Origin: the human T2T-CHM13v2.0 reference genome, Homo sapiens
Assembly (NCBI RefSeq): GCF_009914755.1
Contig: NC_060942.1
Direction: 5' to 3' (one strand)
Length of the DNA stretch: 64,000 nt
Shown piece after piece: positions 1 to 12,771 of the stretch. Made by a program: the position numbers and the translations under genes. Below the pieces are notes generated by a model. It saw only the letters and a list, made by a program, of their open reading frames with translations, ran no database searches and had not been told where the DNA came from. Each line of letters starts with the position of its first letter. Position 1 is the stretch's first letter.

Positions 1-76
1 AATAAATAACAGAATATCATGATATTCCTAGTAAATGTCATAACACCATAGAATTGATGTCAAGTATTATAAAATC

Positions 77-257
77 ATTTTGTAAATAAAGTTTTATTGG
101 AACCCAGTCACACCCATTTGTTTATATGTTGTTTATGGTTGCCTTTATGCTATAACCAGAGAGTTGAGTAGTTTTCACAAAGATGCTATAGCTCCCAAAG
201 CCTAAAATATTTACTATGTGGCCTTCTATGGGGGAAAAAAAAAATGCCAACTCTGAT
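77..257. mobile_element. MER58-type hAT-Charlie MITE fragment
   Basis: tttgtaaataaagttttattggaac...gagttgagtag...aaagcctaaaatatttactat resembles the recalled MER58A consensus. Confidence 0.8.
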
Positions 258-920
258 TTAGAAAGTAAGTTTAGTAAAGGTTTGAAATGCCTTAGAGAAA
301 AAGTGAAAACAGACAGATATTTACAGATTGGCAGCTTCTGGAGTTAAAAAGGAGAAAGAGAGCATGCTTGTAGAAGGAAGCAATGGGAATGAAGCCATGC
401 ATTGAAAAACAGCTATGAAATAGAGATTTCTGGATGAAAGGAAGCAGATTTCTCATGGACAGGAGAGGTAAGGGGTAACTAGGTGGCATGAAGCCAAACC
501 ACAGAGATCCCTGAGCCAGGCAGAAAATTACCAACTGTTCAGGCAAGAAATAGAAATTGGTGGAAAAATTTGGGGTATGTAACATGTAGAAAGCAATGTT
601 AAAAGAAGTTTAATCTGACTGAGACAGGAAGTAGAATATGCAGCTAGATGCCACTCTGATGACTCAAAATAGTAATTGCTACAGATTAGAAAGTCTTTTC
701 CAGGTAAGTTTCACATCTGTTTTGGGCCTCCCAGATGCAGCACCAAAGCACTGTGGACGATTGAGGAGAAAAGGAGGTCAGACAAAAAGGGAAAGCTCTG
801 CTGCCCTGGGCTAGAGGAAGACACTGTTCAGGCTATAGATAAGAGGGAATGCCTGGTTGCCTTTTATCTTTTCATTTTTAAAATAATATTAGTTAATACT
901 AATTCAGTACTTGCAATGAA

Positions 921-1072
921 CTGGTATTAGCTCATATAATTTTTTTTCTTTCAGAAGAGAAAAGATGATGCTTAGAAACTAAAGAACTTCCTAAAGTTAT
1001 CTAAGGTGACAGGCCAGTAAGGTGGACACTTCCAACTCAACGGGTTTGACCCCAAAACCACCATGCTGCCCT
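921..1072 (-). mobile_element. MIR SINE relic
   Basis: Degenerate antisense MIR core and head (ctaaggtgacaggccagtaaggtgg...tttgaccccaaa). Confidence 0.5.
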
Positions 1073-3464
1073 GGCAGCCGATTAATGGCCATGGATTCTC
1101 TATCTACTAAAGGTGTAGGACTTAGGATTTCAACTCTAAACTCTCACTCTGAGTTATAAAAAGTTGGTGGTTCAGAGAAAAGAATTAAGCTAACGTGCAA
1201 TCATTTGCTCTTCTGCAATTTCTTGGCAACTATTACTCTAGCAGTTCTGGTGTCTCATAGCCTAGGTTTGGGGTAGTTGGTGCTGAACAAAGAGGCCATT
1301 TTTGTGACCTTGTGGGACCTCATCTTATAATTTTGAGTTAACTGTCTGCAGGAAAGGACAATTTGAATGGATGAAATCATCAGCATTTGACCACGTCTGA
1401 TGTGAAGTTTCTTTTAGAAAAGATTAGTAGAATGGGAGGAAGAGGAAAGGAAAAAAGCAGCAGTTTGTAGCTTTAGCAAGAGAGATGCTTTCTCTCACAG
1501 GATGGCGCTGACCTCAAGCCAGCACTTCAGGGAATTGAGAGAATAAATTACTGAGATATGATTTTAGAAGTGATATCCCAGTTGAGCCAGGAGGTCTTTG
1601 CAATTAGAATGTCATTTGCACGGTTAACAATATTGCCACAGACCCAATACTGCTTTCTCTCAAGCCACGATAGAGAAAATCATCCAAATAAGCATGGGTT
1701 ATTATTTTTTTAAAAAGGAAAGCTGAAGAGCATTTACTTAGTCCTTAATGGTATAGCAGGCAATGTGAAATATCTTTCAGCTAAATGAAAAATTGAAAAT
1801 ATAACTTTTATGCCTGGATACTATCAGGGAAATCAAGATATTAATACATAGTCTGAGAGAAAATGAAGCTGAAATGAATTCTCTTTTTATTTAATGGCTA
1901 AAGTCAAGAATTTTTTTTCTAGTGGAAAGTAAACTATCATTTCTTTGGGCTAATTTTAAGTTCTTTGTGGACAGGACTATTTGTATGCTTCTATTGCATC
2001 GAGAGCACTTAACATAGTGCCAGAATGTAAAAAGTGTTTTGAGATACAAGTACTTTGCTAGGTGGTTTATAGATCTGACTTTTAAAAACTGTTGGTCAAA
2101 CAAAACGACAGTCATGGAGGGCCTGTTATGGAACATGTCTCCGTCAGGCATTATTTATTGAGGAGGCCCAAATACATTTTAAACAATGTGAGCTCTGCTG
2201 AGACAAAAAGATGTTGGGCCAGATTCCCAAACCCCTGAATCTTTCACTGGCCATCTGATGCCAGAATGGATTTCAGAATATGAGACACTGAGCACAGATG
2301 TTGGGTAAATGTAAGCCCTGTTTACTTCTCTAAGATTCTGTGACAACAGACCATTCTGATTTTTTCAGCTCATTCTCTTCTTGGCTCCTCCATGTTAGAA
2401 ACTTCTAGTATAGAGGAAGACAAAGGATGGACCCAAGAACCACTGCAAGAACTAGAACTAAAGTACAGTTGGCAAAGCACAATGACCATGGAGGTGATAG
2501 CTTCAGAATTTGACTACTCCAGGTTCACGAGAACATCAAGAGAGAGACAACCCTGGAGGAAAGTGCTTACTGAAATGAAGGAAATCTTTTCCATATTTTA
2601 CTGTGTGACACTGAAAGCACAGTACTAACATCTTGTTATAATGTCTCTCCTCCTCAGTAAATGAGGGGAAATGGTCATTGTTGAGAGTTAGGATGCTTGT
2701 ATTACTGCCTTTACAGCATGACTTGCAGAAAATATTTAATGTGAATGGATGATACACCTGTTTACCAAACTCAGTGGGCTTCCACATATCAAAATGAGAG
2801 TCCAAGTCTTCACACTAAAAGCCAGTTTTGAGCATTGGTGGAGCACTATCCTAAATGACTCAGACTTTCTTGCTTAGTGGTGAGTTTGACCAAGGGAATA
2901 AGCTAGTGTTCCATGAGGTTGTGACTAAATAGTGTGTATGAGTAGAAACAAAGAGAAAACCTCAGTGTCCTTGAAGAGCATACAGGTAAGTAATTCAGAA
3001 AATGAGAAGAGTGAAATTACACATGACTAGGCAGGAAAGGAAAAAGGAAAGGAATATACACTACTCATTTATACAATGGCATGAATGTAGAGCTCATTAA
3101 ATTCAGGGTCACCACAAAACTAAGTGGCTTCTTTATCTCTATTTTCTAGGTCATGACTGGAGATCCAGTTGAGGAATAATTAGGAGAAAGGATTTTTATG
3201 GGAAAAAGACTTGGTTACACATGATTGAACCAGTTCCCCCTACACCTGGAACTGGGACATAAAAGGCAGCAGTGAGAACAAATGTGAATAGATTCTATCC
3301 CACCATATTTTGACTGAAATGATTCATGGTCTGCCAAGTGTCCGCTAGAGCATCTTATAGGGTGGCCATATATGCATTATCATTTCTATGGTGAATAAGC
3401 TTGGAATTAGAGCTTTCTTTTAGGGAAATCTGAAATTAACCAAGTTTTGCTGCTTCCATGCTGT

Positions 3465-3780
3465 ACAACTTGGGACCAGTTGTTTATCCTTTCTGAACTT
3501 AAATATTTCCACATGGAAAGAGTGGATTTTAATAATTTGGGGGCTGTGGGTATGAAAATGAAGTAGTATTAGATAAATAAATCAAGAAGGCACTTAGTGA
3601 ATGTAGATCCTTTTAATATCTTTGTAGGATAAGGAACAGCTGGTAGAGTGGCAAGGTCACTTGATTTAATGTCAGAAGACCTTGATATTATATGCAGTAG
3701 CTAACTTGGGTGTGGTCTTAGATAAAACAGGGGAGGCTTTCTGTGCCAGTCTCTTGGCTGGAAAATGAGATGATTCATTC
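3465..3780 (+). mobile_element. Two adjacent MIR relics
   Basis: acaacttggg...tttccacatggaaagagtgg and gtagagtggcaagg...gtcagaagacct...aaaatgagatg resemble MIR core and head. Confidence 0.5.
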
Positions 3781-4034
3781 TAAAAAGAACATATGAATAT
3801 CATCAGGCAGGCACATGCAACAGAAAGCTGTGCGGTGGGGGAGGTGACACAAAAAAGAAAAGGGTTACTGGCAAGAAGAAGGTGTCTTTCAGTATCTACT
3901 GAAAATTTTGCCAAGATCAGGCCTTTAGCTCAGGAATTTTGATATATATTTATTCGTGGAGAGCACAGCCTAGTAACAATGTGACTAGAAACTATACATA
4001 TTTTTAAGTGTACTCTGGTATTAAAGATCTATCA

Positions 4035-4210
4035 CTTCTGAGTGCACATCATGACCAAAACTAAGCTAGTACTTTATACACAGCAAATTCCTCTTTAATG
4101 AGCCAATTTTAGAGTGAAGAAAAATCGTCTCAGATAGGTTAAGTTCATATTTTAAGGTCCCACAACTTGGAAATGGTGGAAATGGAATTTCAACCAAGGT
4201 TTCTTTGACT
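4035..4210 (-). mobile_element. MIR SINE relic
   Basis: attttagagtgaagaaaa...ctcagataggttaag...aaggtcccacaacttggaaatggtgg. Confidence 0.65.
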
Positions 4211-5119
4211 TTCTTTGTAGTCTTCCCTAAGCCAAAACATTTCTTGGATCCAAACTAATGTTAGCCTTTTAGCTTGATGCCATCAAGAGAGAACAACTAT
4301 TCGGTTCTTACAGTCAGAACCTAAATCTTTTTTGAAATTCCTCAAGACTATATTTTCTAGAGCACATAAAGAAATCACCCTTATTCCTTTTCAACCACAT
4401 ACTGTTCACAGCCCAAATGATTCCACACTTATTAACCAGGCTTGATTCCAATTATCATTTTTATTGTGAAAAGTAGAAACCACATTCAAAATACAAATCT
4501 TTGCCATGATTGAGAATAGTTGAAATAATGTGCTTTGGGTTTTGAAAACAATTCTAAAAAAGACTTTCTAGAAATGGCTCACATCTCTGAAATAAGTATA
4601 TGGGTTCTAAAGTTGACTGCTCTGACTATGAAATGATTTTAAAGTTTAAACACTAACAAGGATTTTAAAAATTAAGCTTCAGTGCCTCATTAAATTCCTC
4701 TCTACCCCCACTCCTAACGAAATCCTATAACTGGAAAATGTGGGAGCTCCAAATTGGCGGATGGATACATAAGAGTAGAATGAAAAATGAACACGTAGGC
4801 TCTGTCTCATCTTTTATATTACTTTTCTAAGTAATTTATTTGGAAGCAATGGTTTTAATAAGCAGAGATTTTGTTTTTGTCCTAAATAATATAATCCAAA
4901 GCCCCCCATGTTAAAACCAGAAAAATCTATTGCTACATGTGTTGATGTGTAATGGGAGAATCCAGATTGACCCATTAGTCTCCTTCTAGTTGTGAGAGGC
5001 AGACCAAAGACAGTACTCAAGGGAACTGGAAGGCTTTATGGGATATGATATTAAAACATTGCTGATTTTCTTAATTATTTTAATGGTGATCTCTTTATAT
5101 ACCAGATCCTAAACTGTTG

Positions 5120-5205
5120 GACTTGGAGTTTCCTCATTCAAAATGAAGAGGCTGGGGTACATGGCTTATCTCTAACATCTCTTCCAATTCTAATGATTTG
5201 TGATC
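5120..5205 (+). mobile_element. MIR3/MIRc 3' fragment
   Basis: agtttcctcattcaaaatgaagagg...tctctaacatctcttccaattctaa. Confidence 0.55.
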
Positions 5206-6346
5206 CCAGGTTGCTTTGATGACCCCAACCAGAAAGTAAAGTGATGAGCAAATTTTTAGTGATGGGCTTTCTCATAAAAGGGTTATCACATTAGAAGTTT
5301 ACTGATGGGCATATTATGTGGAAGTTGTGATTCAGGTACTTTTCTTCCTCATTCCCTCCATACTAGGTCCTTCTAATGATAGGAGTCTTCAGAAAAATAT
5401 CATTGTGTTTTATTGGTATTAAACTGCTCAACATCTATACATGTTTCCTATATTGGCTCATTCTACTCATTTACATTCAAACATTGTATCAAGCATGCAG
5501 TTTCTACCAGGTCACACAATGTATCGAAAACACAAGGCAAAAAATGCAGGGAATTCAACAAACATTTTTTGAGAAAATTACAGTACATCGTTAGAAGTTA
5601 AATGACAAGTTTCTGTTAACCTTTAAGCTTCTGTATGATCTAAAATACTCCTACTACCAGTAGTTTATTTAAAATGACCTGGTTTAATGAGATGAACCTT
5701 AAGGTCTTTTCTGTCTCTAAAATTCTATCAATCTTTTTGTGAAGTATAGAATTACATACAGAGTAACCTAAACAGTAATCAGATTGAAAAAGCTAATTGG
5801 GGATCCCTTGTAGAAAACCCTGTATGCTCGTTAGACCATTTTGTCTATGTCTTGTTGTGAATAGAGTTTCTGAAGGCTTTTGAACAGGAAAATACTGCTT
5901 GTAAAAGTATCAAATGGAATAAAAAAGAAATCCACAAGGAAACACAGTAATGGAATGCAGATATTTTGTCACTAACCAGGGAACTCCTCCTGGTAGGGAG
6001 GAGAGTTGGTCAGATTTGTGAAGAGATGATGGAATAATCTGTTGCATTTCACCTTTTCATTGTTTCAACAAATGAATTACATCATGTTTTTTGAATATTC
6101 GTAAATTAGTCAAAACTCAAAAATACTGAGAAAGCATAATTTTATTTCTTCATTATATTTTTAAAATATAAATATGTCTCTCAAATATCTGCCAAGAGAA
6201 AGAGTCATCAGTATACCCACACCTGCTTTTACTTCATGGAAATTTCAGGGTCAAAATTCGCAAAGCTCCTATGGGAATCAAATTTTGTAGAATATAATTA
6301 AAGAATCTGGTTATAATTTTTATAAACATGATTTTTAATAGAGAAC

Positions 6347-6637
6347 TTTTTTATTTTTTAATTTTTGAGACAGGGTCTCTATTGCCCAGGCTGGAGTGGA
6401 GCGACACAATCACAACTCAGTACAGCCTTAACCGCCTGGGCTCAAGCAATCCTCCCACCTCAGCCTCCCCAGTAGCTGGGACTACAGGTACATGCCACCA
6501 TGCCTGACTAATCTTTTAAGATTTTTGTAGAGATGGGATCCCAGTATATTGCCCATGCTTGTCTTGAACTCCTGGTCTCAAGTGATCCTCCCGTCTCAGC
6601 CTCCCAAAGTGCTAGGTGTGAGCCATGGTGCCTGGCT
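6347..6637 (-). mobile_element. AluJ, full length
   Basis: Antisense dimeric Alu (gagacagggtctc...ctcaagcaatcctcccacctcagcc); degenerate TSD gagaactt/gaggactt. Confidence 0.95.
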
Positions 6638-6809
6638 GAGGACTTCTAAATTTACATTACAACTTCACCCTCTACAACCTATTCTCTTGCTGTGTCTTTG
6701 CCTCCTTTTCTCATGTACAAAGTTGTGAAGCTGATTGTACTAACTAACATCATAGATTCATGAAGATTAAATGTAGCAACCTCTAAAGTGAGAGTTTTTT
6801 GTGATTGCT

Positions 6810-6995
6810 CAGATTCAAGTTAGGGTTCCACCATTGAAATGATTACTTAATCTTCAACACCCAGTTTCCTTGTCCATTAAACATGGAACACTGATAGCAA
6901 CTCCTTCTTGGATAGTTGTGGGGAGTAATAAGATCACATGTATACAGAAGAAGCAACGCCTGACACATGGTCAGTCTTCTATAAATAACAGTTAT
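6810..6995 (+). mobile_element. MIR SINE
   Basis: ccagtttccttgtccattaaacatgg...gcctgacacatggtcagt. Confidence 0.65.
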
Positions 6996-7390
6996 ATCCA
7001 TAACTTATAAATATTAACATGTATGAAAAATACATAGAAAGAGGTAGCAGTCAGGCTTTGATTCATTTTAGATTGTTAGGTTATAGGAAACAAATACTAT
7101 ACTGGCAACAATACAATCTTAGTACTGGATCCCTTAAGAAATACAAAGGAAACTGGCTTTAAAAAAGACAAGAATCTCAATTGTTTTTAAGAAAGTAACA
7201 TGTATATAAAAAAACACAATGTACAATGACATACCACTCCAACTCATTTTACAAAACTTTTTGGCATATTTTGTCTTTTGTTCTCAGGATTTCAATAATT
7301 CCATTCTCTAATTATCAGAGTAGCACATTTTAAGAAACATAATTTGAAAAGCAGAATAAAGTATAAAAAATAAGTTTAAAAACCGCCTGG

Positions 7391-7480
7391 GTGGAGGTTG
7401 CAGTGAGCCAAGATCGCTCCACTGCACTCCAGCCGGGGTGACAAGAGCGAAACTCTGTCAAAACAAAAAAACAAAAAAAA
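7391..7480 (+). mobile_element. 5'-truncated AluS (Sp/Sq-like) right-arm end
   Basis: gtggaggttgcagtgagccaagatcg...gacaagagcgaaactctgtc followed by an A tail; flanked by aaaaaccgcctggg / aaaacactacctggg. Confidence 0.9.
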
Positions 7481-7565
7481 CACTACCTGGGAACTCCCTA
7501 CCAAGAGGTAAAAGGCGGTTATTATATTTGAACATTCCCTTCCAGTCTTTTTTTACTTGCATTTA

Positions 7566-7787
7566 CAGTTGACTCTTGAACAACACAGATCTGAGGTGTT
7601 TGGGTCCACTTATGCACAGATTTTTTTTCAGCCATAGTCAGATAGATTCTCAGGACTGGAAACCTGCATATAAAGAGGGCTGACCTTCTGTGTGTCTGGA
7701 TTCCACACTGCTGAACACCGGACTTGAGTGTGCACAGATTTGGGCGTCAGGGAAGATCCAATCCCCATGTATACTGAGAGATAATTG
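7566..7787. mobile_element. MER8 (TcMar-Tigger MITE)
   Basis: TA-flanked; cagttgactcttgaacaacac...gggtccacttat...ggacttgagtgtgcacagattt...tatactgagagataattg. Confidence 0.85.
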
Positions 7788-8204
7788 TAAATTAATTCTC
7801 TCTATAAAATGTAGTATCTCTAACTTTACTTAATTATATTATGAACATATTCTAATTTGTGAACTTTTAAAGCATGTTATTTTATATTATCGAACATTTT
7901 CAAAAATCTACGTAATAGATGGCCTTTTTCCCACATGATTCCTATTCGCAAAGAGGATAAGGAATTAGTGAGTTAACTGAATAAGTATTTATTGACCAGC
8001 TAATGAGGGTCTTTGGATTGCACTACTCCTACGGGATGGAGAAATATAGATTTGAAGAAAAATACAAATCCAGCTAAATACAGGAAATCAACCTTTGGGA
8101 TTGAAAGCAGAGATGCTTAAAGGAAGTGAAAAAGGAGGAAGGTACATGCAAGGGATGAGAGGGAAGGATGGGAGGAAGAGAAGCCAAGAACCCTGAAACT
8201 GTTC

Positions 8205-8730
8205 ATCAAGCTGTAGGTTCTGACGCATAAACAGACATGTTCAGCATTTATTAAAAAATAAAAATGAGACCGGGTGCGGTGACTCATGCCTGTAATCCCA
8301 GAACTTTGGGAGGCCGAGTTGGGTGGATCATGAGGTCAGGAGATCTAGACCATCCTGGCCAACATGGTGAAACGCTGTCTTTACTAAAAATACAAAAATT
8401 AGCTGGGCATGGTGACACGTGCCTGTAATCCCAGCTACTCAGGAGGCTGAGGCAGGAAAATCACTTGAACCAGGGAGGCAGAAGTTGCAGTGAGCCTAGA
8501 TCGCGCCACTGTGCTCCAGCTTGGCGACAGAGTGACACTCTGTCTCAAAAAAATAAAATAAAATAAAATAAAATAAATAAAAAATAAAATAAAAATGAAT
8601 AGAACAGAAAAGATTAGAGATCATTGAACATACTGGTAAACATATTTATCAATTTTAGTTTGATTATACAGTGTCATGATAGAAAATTTGACTGTAGAAC
8701 TTGAGGGGAAAAAGTTTAAAAATACTTAGA
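8205..8730. mobile_element. hAT-Charlie (Charlie4-like) relic interrupted by an Alu
   Basis: cagcatttattaaaaaa[Alu]atgaatagaacagaaaagattagag...aaaaagtttaaaaatact resembles a recalled Charlie4-type MITE. Confidence 0.4.
8268..8585 (+). mobile_element. AluS (Sc-like), full length
   Basis: Dimeric Alu; ggatcatgaggtcagg, cttggcgacagag; (AAAAT)n tail; TSD aaaataaaaatga on both sides. Confidence 0.95.
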
Positions 8731-10309
8731 CAACTGAATCTAAAGCTTAGTGCTTGCATGGTTACTGCCATTCATTGAGCCTATTCCTTAAAGACTTTGA
8801 GATCTGGAGAAGACAAATGACTTACTCAAGGTTATAAGACACATGGAGTCAGAGCCAGATTCCATTTTGTTGCCTTCTGCACAGTTCACCAAATTTGAAG
8901 CTGTGAATTGGTTTTGCTTCTGTCAAACTCACAATTTGTTCCATCTCCAGTCCTTGCTCAGTTCCCTCCTTTCAAATTATGTTTAGTTCTAGTGCAAGTC
9001 TGATGACTAATTAGAGCCATATATGTCTTCTTTGTCATACTGAATGGAGGACTTGCACAAAGCCATGGTATGGAGACAGAACTAAAATTACAGTTCCTCA
9101 TTCAATGACATTTGCAACTCTAGCCCTACAGTATTTTGATAATCTTGCTGTAAATATAGTCAATGTCAAATCGTATGGTGATTATACAAAGAAACATTCT
9201 ATGTGTCAACAGAAAATTCTCAAGTATTATGCCTTTAAATTAAAATTTATCAAAATAAAATGGGAAGTATAGAAGTATAATGCAGTTTGTACTCTTCAGA
9301 AGCCTTGCTCAATAAGTGCTGAGTTTTGATCGATTGATACAGTGTCATATTTGACTAAAGAGGTGGGGAAGTTGCTACTGTCGCTTTGTGCTGGATGGTA
9401 GCAGAATGCACTATTGATTTTTTATGTTGGATGGGTTGTCAGTGTATAGTGCATTGTTGATCTTGACTTTTATAGCCAACATGTTTCCTTTAATTGGATC
9501 ATTTGTAAAAGAGAGGAGGGGACCTTTTCTCTTTTGACAGTGACTGATTACAATCATTTCATGTTTGTCAATATTTGATAAACCCACTGTTACCCAACAA
9601 CATGGCTGCCTTTATTCATTGGTTCATTCTGCATCCACTTCTCTATTTTACCCCAATATCAACTGGTCTATCCCAGGTTTCACTCAGAATTCAGTCTTAA
9701 ATTTCCTCTTTCAGCAACAGTCCAGTTTTTAAATTTTGCCAATCAGATCTCTTCTGACAATAACAACCAATCTACTCCCTAACAATTTTTTGCTCACCAA
9801 CCCTTCCTGATCCCCTTCCCATTGGCGTCTGCTACAAACTATCCAGTTATGCAGGATATTACAAATATGAGCCTATAGTTTTCATGTTTTGAGCTATCAG
9901 ATCCTAAGAGTTCCCAGAAGAAATAATCATCCATTCCAACTGATCATCTTTGTTCTTTCGTATTGAGATTATCCCATACCTGTGGATCATAGCCTGAGTG
10001 GAGACCATGGTTCTTAGAAACTTTCAGTTGTTCCCAGCAAGTGACATTATATGTAATTAGGAGGATTCGTAGACTGATATTTTAACTGTGTCCTAGATGC
10101 CCATTCTTTGACACTTGCTAATTTTATCTGTCATGCCCAACAGTCCTCTAGTTTCTTCCCAGAAGGAGAGAAGGATTAATGATTTAGTCACTGTCTGTTC
10201 TTGTTCTCTTTCACAATGAAAGAAAATCTTCCTGGTCCCCATTTTCAACTAAGTTCCTTACACTGAGACTTGAAAATGTGCCTTGGGTAAACAGATGTTT
10301 TTATGAACT

Positions 10310-10460
10310 GGAATCTTAGTGGAAAAAGACTAGACTGCAAATAGAAGTCCTAAATTATGATCCTCTAAACCTTGGACAAATCATTCCACTTATCTGTACC
10401 TGAATTCATTCACCAATGAATTATGAAGTTTACACTGAATAGCTTTGAAGCTCACTGTTA
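10310..10460 (+). mobile_element. MIR relic
   Basis: tagtggaaaaagactagact...accttggacaaatcattccacttatctgtacct. Confidence 0.55.
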
Positions 10461-11528
10461 CCATTCCCTTAATTTCTTGGTTTTCACATACCAGGCTTCA
10501 ATCTGCCAGAAGCTTGCAGGGTAATCTATATATTTTTCAGAAAGAGGTTACCTAATATAGTTAACTGATTCAGGAAAGTCAAGGCATCCTACTGTTCACT
10601 CAGTGGACAAATATTGTACACTGCCTCTAGATGTTCCCTAGGTAATGATGGATGATGATAACATTATTCTTTTTTTAAATTTTCCTGTATCCTACAAATC
10701 GTATGCTTTGTTGACAGATTTTCCTATCTGTGCCAAGGATGAGTGTTTCAGAGACCAATTCATTTTAATTAGAGAATTCTGACAGCACATAGTCCAATAT
10801 AGCGTATTGGTTATTTGCAGGTACAAACATTCATTGTAACATCATTGACATGAAAACAAAAACATTAGTACAACTGGAATTAGTGAGATTCAGAAAAGAC
10901 ATTATTATTGGTCATATGGAAGACAATATCAAAATGCTGCTTTGTAGACATTTCTCACCTAGCATTGTATGCAAGAAGACATTTTTATGTATTAGAAAAA
11001 AAGGTGAATGATCTCATCTTCTGAGATATATTGTCTATTTTAATAGTTAAGAGTCAAACTAAGTTTACTAAAGATAGATTGGAGTCTAAAGAGGGTGGGG
11101 CAACAAATTTGAAATAGGTATTTATTTTTTTCTGATCATTGTCTTCAACTATGCTCTGTCAAATTTTTCTATCTCCTAATGATACAGAAGTAGCTCCAAG
11201 GGTTAACAAAGTCTCTTTTTGGTAGTTAAAACACAATCCACTCCTTTAGGGAGTATTTTTATTTTTAGAGAATAGGATCTGCCCTTCTACCTCCCCTCTC
11301 CTTTTGTTTCTTCTTTCTCCTCTGGTGGGTGGATTCCTGGGAAATCGGTGGAAAAGATCAAGTATCCCTTACATAATCATGACCCTGTAGAGAACCTCTA
11401 TGTGGTAGGCATTCAATTGCGGTTCAGAGGGGCACATGTTAAGTCCTAAAAGAGATAAATTTCCTGATGTAGAGGATGTCCTCTATGGCTTAGCTTCTCA
11501 TCACTCTCACTTCTAATCCTGGGTAATA

Positions 11529-12771
11529 CAAAGAGACTTCAAAAAGTTTTTGAAAAACTGGAATTAAAAGATAAGAATTAAAAAATAAATGTATAAACTT
11601 TATTTCTCAATATAAGTTCCATCAAGTTTAAGACACAGTTGTAAGTGATCATATCAACCATTTAGTTCATCCTCAAAGAACAGAGTCCTGAGAATTTAAC
11701 CATGTCAATGAAGTTGTATTTACATTACTAAGTGAAGAAAAATGGGTGCCCTCTAAAGATATTTTTAATACTGGGGGAAAAAGTCAGAAGATGCCAAATC
11801 AGGAATATAAAGTAGATGCCTAATAAATTCCCGTTGAAATTCTTGCAAAACTGCCCTTGTTTGATGAGAGGAATGAACAGGAGCATTGTCATGGTGGAGG
11901 AGAACTCTCTGGTGAAGTTTTCCCAGGCATTTTTCTGCTAAGCTGTGGCTAACTTTTTCAGAACACTCTCCTGCTAAGCAGATGTTATCATTCTTTCACT
12001 TCCTAGGAAGTCAATAAGCAAAATTCCTTGAACATCCCAAAAAACTATTGCCATGACCTTTGCTCTTGAATGGTCTGCTTTTACTTTGATTAGACCACTT
12101 CCACCTCTTCATAGACATTGTTTTGTGTTGTGTCTTCAAGATCAAGCCATGTTTCATCTCCTGTTACAATTCTTTGAATAAATGTTTCAAGCTTGATTCA
12201 CTTATTTAAAATTTCCAGCGAGGGCTCTGCTCTTGTCTGAAGTTGACCTGGGTTCAATGGTCTTGGCACCCATTGGGTGGAAAGTTTGCTCAACTTTAAT
12301 TTTTCAGTCAGGATTGCGTAAGCTGAACCAACTGAGATGTCTATGGTGTTGGGTATTGTTTCTGCTGTTGATCATTGTTTCTCTTCAAGTAAGGTACTAA
12401 TAAGATTAATTTTTTCATTGCAAATTGATGTGCACATTCTGTGGCTGTGGGCTTCATTTTTCAACATTGTCTTTTCTTAAAATGAATTATTCATATAGAA
12501 ACTGCTGATTTCTTTGGGGCATCATTCCCACAAACTTTTCATAAAGTATCAGTGATTTCACCATTTTTTCACCCAAGTTTCCCCATGAATTTGATGTTTG
12601 TTCTTGCTTCCATTTTAGCAGAATTCATGTTTCTGATAGGAGCTTTTTTCGAAGTGATGTCTTATCCTTCTTAGTGACTCAAACTAGTACAAGTTTATTT
12701 TGGAGCAAAATTAAAATCTATGCATTTTTTTCAGAATACACATTTTCCATTATATTTTCAAAGACTCTTTC
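11529..12771 (-). mobile_element. HSMAR2 mariner DNA transposon, near full length
   Basis: TA-flanked, degenerate TIRs (caaagagacttcaaaaagtt / ttttcaaagactctttc), ~1.24 kb, contains a transposase remnant. Confidence 0.93.
11600..12628 (-). pseudogene. Disrupted HSMAR2 mariner transposase
   Basis: Hand translation gives MNSAKMEARTNIKFMGKLG* (premature stop), VTGDETW (12147-12167) and HHDNAP...YIPDLASSDF with exact D34D spacing; TAA at 11600-11602. Confidence 0.9.

Noticed and set aside
9373-9480. H/ACA snoRNA interpretation of the double hairpin
   Set aside because: The hinge is only 1 nt with no ANANNA box; retained only as a generic structure
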